From an uncultured Armatimonadetes bacterium (GTDB taxonomy: Bacteria > Armatimonadota > UBA5829 > DTJY01): a stretch of 64,000 nt of DNA. This document shows positions 59,350 through 64,000 of this stretch, piece after piece (positions within the stretch are counted from its first letter, which is position 1; every line of letters begins with the position of its first letter). The stretch is from positions 1,184,001 to 1,248,000 of the forward strand of contig OY970325.1 of NCBI GenBank assembly GCA_963717145.1, given 5' to 3'. The notes under the pieces are model-generated. The model did not search any database. It had not been told where the DNA came from and saw only the letters and a list, made by a program, of their open reading frames with translations. Position numbers and translations under genes: made by a program.

Positions 59350-60240
59350 ATGACAGATACACAGAACTCAACGTGGCGGACCAAGATCGGTCTGGCCGAA
59401 ATGCTCAAGGGCGGCGTCATCATGGACGTCACCAATGCGGATCAGGCGAAGATCGCCGAGGAAGCCGGCGCCACCGCCGTGATGGCCCTGGAGCGCGTCC
59501 CGTCCGATATTCGCAAGGACGGCGGAGTCGCCCGCATGGCCGACCCGAACGTGATCCTCGGGATCATGAAAGCCGTGACGATCCCCGTCATGGCCAAGGC
59601 TCGGATCGGCCATTTCGTCGAAGCACAGATACTCGAGTCCCTCGGCGTGGATTACGTCGACGAGAGCGAGGTCCTGACCCCGGCGGATGAGGCATTCCAC
59701 ATCGACAAGCATGCGTTCAAGGTGCCGTTCGTCTGCGGATGCAGGGACCTCGGCGAGGCGCTCCGACGCATCGGCGAGGGCGCGGCGATGATCCGCACTA
59801 AGGGCGAGGCGGGATCCGGCAACATCGTCGAGGCCGTGCGCCACATGAGAGCGGTTATGTCCGAGATGAGGCGGCTCAAGACCATGGCCCACGAGGAGTT
59901 GATGGCCTATGCCAAGAACCTCGGCGCACCGTATGAGCTGGTGGTCGAGATCGCGGAGACCGGCAAGCTGCCCGTGCCGAACTTCTCGGCGGGCGGCATC
60001 GCTACTCCCGCCGATGCGGCACTCATGATGCAGCTCGGCGCAGAGGCCGTGTTCGTCGGATCAGGCATCTTCAAGTCGGAGGATCCCGCTCCGCGCGCCA
60101 AGGCGATCGTGGATGCCACAACTCACTTCGACAAGCCGGAGATACTGGCCGAGCTGTCGAAGGGCCTCGGATCGGCGATGCCCGGCTTGGACATTCGTCA
60201 GCTAGCGGAGAACGAGCTTCTCTCCACGCGAGGGTGGTAG
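59350..60240 (+). CDS. pdxS: pyridoxal 5'-phosphate synthase lyase subunit
   Basis: [38 protein letters not shown]. Confidence 0.98.
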   Translation: MTDTQNSTWRTKIGLAEMLKGGVIMDVTNADQAKIAEEAGATAVMALERVPSDIRKDGGVARMADPNVILGIMKAVTIPVMAKARIGHFVEAQILESLGVDYVDESEVLTPADEAFHIDKHAFKVPFVCGCRDLGEALRRIGEGAAMIRTKGEAGSGNIVEAVRHMRAVMSEMRRLKTMAHEELMAYAKNLGAPYELVVEIAETGKLPVPNFSAGGIATPADAALMMQLGAEAVFVGSGIFKSEDPAPRAKAIVDATTHFDKPEILAELSKGLGSAMPGLDIRQLAENELLSTRGW

Positions 60241-60260
60241 GGTACCTTTGATTTCGAGCG

Positions 60261-60342
60261 GACGTCCGTAGGGGCGATCCTTCAACGGTCGCCCTATACC
60301 GTGTCGGCGGGCGACCGTTGAAGGATCGCCCCTACGGACGTC
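60261..60342. repeat. GTAG-type REP doublet
   Basis: 34-bp perfect inverted arms between pdxS and pdxT. Confidence 0.9.
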
Positions 60343-60356
60343 ACCAGGTATTTTCA

Positions 60357-60983
60357 ATGAGCAATCAGATCACAATCGGCGTCCTGGCTCTCCAGGGCGC
60401 CTTCCAGAAACATATCGAGATGCTCGGCCGCTGTGGTGTCAACGCGATCACGGTCCGAACCGCCGAGGAGTTGGCACAGGTCAGCGGCTTGATCATCCCG
60501 GGCGGCGAGAGCACCACGGTCGGCAAGCTCATGGTCCGGTACGGCCTCGACAAGAAGATCGCTGAGGCGGCTCACCAGGGCATGCCGATCTACGGCACCT
60601 GCACGGGCCTCATCCTGCTTGCAAAAATCATCGCGGGAAGCAATCAGCCGTGCCTCCACCTGATGGACGTGACCGTCCTGCGCAACGCCTTCGGACGACA
60701 GGTTGACAGCTTCGAAGCCGACCTCGAGATCGACGAGATCGGATCGCCGCCGATGCGAGCGGTGTTCATCCGCGCCCCTTATGTCGTCGAAGTGAGGGAT
60801 GACGCGCGGGTGCTCGCCCGGTGCGACGACAAGATCGTTCTCGTCAGGCAGGGCAACCTCCTCGGGGGCGCATTCCATCCAGAGTTGACGGAAGACATCA
60901 GACTGCACGAGTACTTCATCGGCATGGTGAGGGAGTCTCTAGCAGCGGACTCGGTCTCAGGGCCGGGGACCCCTGCACGATGA
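60357..60983 (+). CDS. pdxT: pyridoxal 5'-phosphate synthase glutaminase subunit
   Basis: GVLALQG, PGGESTT, GTCTG, RNAFGRQVDSFE, FIRAP, FHPEL. Confidence 0.97.
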   Translation: MSNQITIGVLALQGAFQKHIEMLGRCGVNAITVRTAEELAQVSGLIIPGGESTTVGKLMVRYGLDKKIAEAAHQGMPIYGTCTGLILLAKIIAGSNQPCLHLMDVTVLRNAFGRQVDSFEADLEIDEIGSPPMRAVFIRAPYVVEVRDDARVLARCDDKIVLVRQGNLLGGAFHPELTEDIRLHEYFIGMVRESLAADSVSGPGTPAR

Positions 60984-62107
60984 AAACTTGCCTCCCATTC
61001 CGAGCCGGCCTTGTATTTGCCCTCCTGACCGTAGTCGCTTCGACAAGCTTGTTGGCCCAGCTCAAGGAAAAGATCACGATCCGCTGGCAACGTCACGCCA
61101 ATCAGCCGCAATCGCTCACGATATCGCCCGGCGCGAACTACTTCGGCGGCGTCGATAAAGACGGCACGGTGCGCTTCTATGACGCGCAGGGCAAGCTCCT
61201 CTGGACCAAGCGGGTCCCCGGCGCTACCGACGTGCTCATCGCGCGGAATGGACAGAGCCTCCTGGTCTATTCCCGCCTCAATCCGGTCCACAGGACCGTG
61301 CGCTTCTTCCGCCGGGACGGTCGCCTGCTCTGGGAGCACGAGGTCGATGGCAGCGTATGGGCCGGTGCGGTGACTCCCGATGGGCAGTACGCAGCCGTCA
61401 CGACCGGCGAGAAGTTCATCTACCGGTATCTCCCACATCCCACCAGCCCGAAGTTTCGTCGCTGGAGACTCCCTGGTATCGGAGACAGCCTGACGTTCAC
61501 CCCGGACAGCAAGTACCTGGTAGTGGGCACATGGCAGGCCTCGACCATTGCCTGCTATGACCTGGAGGGGAAAGAGAAGTGGATACTCGCGCAGAAGTCA
61601 GACCGCCAGTACGAGCTGCAGAACAGCGGTGATGGAAAGCGGATACTCGGAATCCGACCGTCCACTCAGCACACTCCACTGGCTGAGATAAGCCTGTGGG
61701 ATTCCTCGGGCCAAGGCATCTGGCGGAGGGATCTGAAGGGCTTCGACGTGGCGGCGCGCATCTCCCCTCAGAGCAAGTATGTGGCGGTAAGCTATGCCAC
61801 AATCCTCTCCCACAAGGACAAAGAGATTGTCGAGCGCAAAGTTGCGGTCTATGACGCGAAGGGTGATCTCTCATGGGAGAAGGGTGGTCTCTTCTTCGGC
61901 CCACGTCTGATCGCGCTCTCTCCGACCGGCGACTCCGTGATCGTCTCCGACGGCGCCCGGTCGCTATATAACATCGACAGCCACGGACGGATTCTCTCCA
62001 AGCGGACATTCGGCGGTCAGATCAAGATGGCGGTATCCTCCGAGGATGGCCGCAGGATACTCCTGTACTGCGGGGATGGCTGGCTGTATCTTCTCGAAGT
62101 GGCGTAG
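60980..62107 (+). CDS. secreted WD40/PQQ-like beta-propeller protein
   Basis: Signal peptide from MKTCLP; repeated DxxGxLLW and TPDG blades. Confidence 0.75.
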   Translation: MKTCLPFRAGLVFALLTVVASTSLLAQLKEKITIRWQRHANQPQSLTISPGANYFGGVDKDGTVRFYDAQGKLLWTKRVPGATDVLIARNGQSLLVYSRLNPVHRTVRFFRRDGRLLWEHEVDGSVWAGAVTPDGQYAAVTTGEKFIYRYLPHPTSPKFRRWRLPGIGDSLTFTPDSKYLVVGTWQASTIACYDLEGKEKWILAQKSDRQYELQNSGDGKRILGIRPSTQHTPLAEISLWDSSGQGIWRRDLKGFDVAARISPQSKYVAVSYATILSHKDKEIVERKVAVYDAKGDLSWEKGGLFFGPRLIALSPTGDSVIVSDGARSLYNIDSHGRILSKRTFGGQIKMAVSSEDGRRILLYCGDGWLYLLEVA

Positions 62108-62110
62108 ACC

Positions 62111-62268
62111 CTTTGGAGTGCGGTGGCTCGACACCGCTTTGCCCAACACAGCGTTGTGACACCCCACATGTTGGTTCTGGAGTTGGACTCCAGAACCCTC
62201 GGCCTGTTGGGGGTTCTGGAGTCCAACTCCAGAACCAACATGTGGGGAGGGCGCTCCGGCACTCCAAA
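62111..62268. repeat. composite REP: GGAGTTGGACTCC-type palindrome (62162..62247) nested in a GGAGTGCGG-type element
   Basis: Outer TTTGGAGTG...CACTCCAAA; inner inverted arms of about 35 bp. Confidence 0.8.
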
Positions 62269-62276
62269 AGAAAGAA

Positions 62277-62307
62277 ATCTCCCCCGAGTTACGGATCGGG
62301 GGAGATC
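62277..62307 (-). terminator. probable terminator downstream of the LuxR gene
   Basis: ATCTCCCCCGA...TCGGGGGAGAT hairpin followed on the minus strand by TTCTTTCTTTT. Confidence 0.6.
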
Positions 62308-62403
62308 TCATAGGAATTGCGACACGGCAAAGCAATCATTCGCCACATCGGCTACTGGTACCGGACCATCCGTCAGGACGGCCCGGTCCGCTTCGGCCGT
62401 TTC

Positions 62404-62667
62404 TTACGCGGATCTAACCACAGCAGGCTCAAGCGGTATCAGGCCCAGGCTGGTTGCTCTGCGGAAGGCTTGCACTCTGTTGCTGACTTGCAGCTTCTCG
62501 TAGATATTCGCGAGGTGGAAGTCCACTGTCCGCTTGCTCACGTACAGGTCCTCCGCGACCTCTCTACTTGACTTTCCTTCGATAACGAGAGTCAGAACCT
62601 CCTGCTCACGTTTCGTCAGGTGTATGGTTCGTTCATCCCGTATCTGAGGCATAGTCATAGCCGTCAT
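62404..62667 (-). CDS. solo LuxR-type (GerE-like) HTH transcriptional regulator
   Basis: LTKREQEVL...G.SSREVA..L.VS.RTV.FHL.NIYEKLQV.NR; AAGGAG RBS. Confidence 0.93.
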   Translation of the reverse strand: MTAMTMPQIRDERTIHLTKREQEVLTLVIEGKSSREVAEDLYVSKRTVDFHLANIYEKLQVSNRVQAFRRATSLGLIPLEPAVVRSA

Positions 62668-62840
62668 ACCGTAACTCCTTTCTCGTGTCGCCGCTTCTGG
62701 ATAGTTTCTTCCATAGTTTTGCCGGGTTCTGAGAGGAAAAAATACTCACGTGTGAGGAGTCTTTCCTCTGCGGCATGGAAGCCACCAGTAAGGAGTTATG
62801 CCACGTATGACGGTTTTTCGGCTATTGGAAATGCGGTTGC

Positions 62841-64000
62841 TTACTTATGGGGCAGAACCTCGAAGAACGCGACGGACACGCCGTGCGGGTTGAAGAGCGA
62901 GTACGCCTCCCGCAGGTCCGGTCTGCGCCTGAGTTCACCGTAGAGCAGGTTCGCGCGAGGCTGCTTGGTCTCAGGCAGGCTGATCAGTATCCACTTGATC
63001 TTGAGCTTGGCGAGCTGGGCGGCTCCAGAAGCTTGTCCGTCGAATCCCACCAGGCCGAGCGGACCAGGTGAGCGTAAGTGCTCTGTTGCAGATACGCCAT
63101 CTGTCTCGGGTTGCAGGTCAGCACGAAGTCATCCGGCTTGATGTTCTGCTTGATCCAACCCGCCGCCGTGAACATGCCACATTGCGGCCCGTTCGCACGG
63201 CACTTCAGCGCCTGCGTCCCCATATCGAACCGCATCCTCGAAATGCCCGGAGCGGCAAGCGCAAGCACAAGCAGCACGAATCCGACATACGTGAACCTTC
63301 TCCGGAATCCGGCGAGGTTCGCCCTGCGCCCCATGAACATGCGTATGAGGTGGAATCCGAGCGCGATCAGCGGGATGCCGTACACCGCCTGGAGGTAGTG
63401 GGGCCACAGACCCGTGCGCGTCCGAAGCCAGTACAGTGTCAACGCCTCTGCGCCGACCAGTCCGATGAGCCCGGGAATGCTACCGGCCGCGAGCAGTCCT
63501 GTCGCCGACGCGGCACATATCGCCGGGAATGATGGCAAGACCAGGCGCGCACCCCACAGGTTGCGCAACATGCTGAAAAAGAGGCAGAAGGTCAGCGGGA
63601 GGATCAGCATCGCCACTACCGCCCCGGCGTTCGACTTGATGACGCCATCCGGCGCGACGGAGATGCGCTTCCTCAGCGAGACGAGCAGAATCACCGACCC
63701 GAGAACAGCGAGGGCCAGAAAGACATACGGAATGTCGGCCTCTGAGAGGTGCTGGGCCATCAGCTTGTTGAGGCTCGGCGCGGTTCGGCCCACATAATCC
63801 TGGCGCTCACCGCGGATCTGATTGATGAGGTACGATGCTTGCGGGAGCAGCCCGGACTTGAACTGCAGGAATCCCACTCCGGCGAGCACCGCGCCGAGAA
63901 TAAGCGCCAGACCGGGAAGGTAGGTCCACCTGCGCCCGCGAGCGTTCAGCAGCGATCCCACGGCAAGCGCCGGCGCAGACAGGACGAGCAGGTACTCCTT
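62841..64000 (-). CDS. polytopic membrane protein (GT-C/ArnT-like), 5'-truncated, probable frameshift near 63030
   Basis: ORF 62984..63961 is open to the window edge; ARLVLP and AAGWIKQN motifs; C-terminus continues in ORF 62841..63050. Confidence 0.6.

Overview
High-GC bacterial chromosomal window, by inference Armatimonadota-like (solo LuxR-HTH protein, many secreted beta-propeller and glycoside hydrolase-like proteins). Housekeeping content: purH (short form) with a ZTP riboswitch, nrdR-nrdJ, folE2, ggt, tldD-pmbA, folC, tRNA-Met, large Alu-type SRP RNA-dnaX-ybaB-recR, porC/A/B, pdxS/T. Mobile content: one IS66 (8-bp target duplication) splitting a HAD gene, two near-identical 1362-bp DDE insertion sequences flanking an HNH nuclease gene, two paralogous RelE-type toxin-antitoxin pairs, and at least six REP-like palindrome families. 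Several genes (nrdJ, CoA-activase, porA/B) carry clustered frameshifts that look like assembly errors. Most notable: (1) both DDE IS copies sit exactly 5 bp upstream of a sigma70 -35 box in the same orientation; (2) the HNH gene between them has a strong promoter, a ~280-nt structured leader and a terminator; (3) a ~150-nt fold-back hides the SD and start codon of the solo LuxR gene; (4) a 99-bp REP palindrome is inserted in frame in a protein; (5) a synonymously diverged copy of the nrdJ zinc-ribbon tail flanks a toxin-antitoxin cassette. All calls come from reading the sequence; no searches were run.
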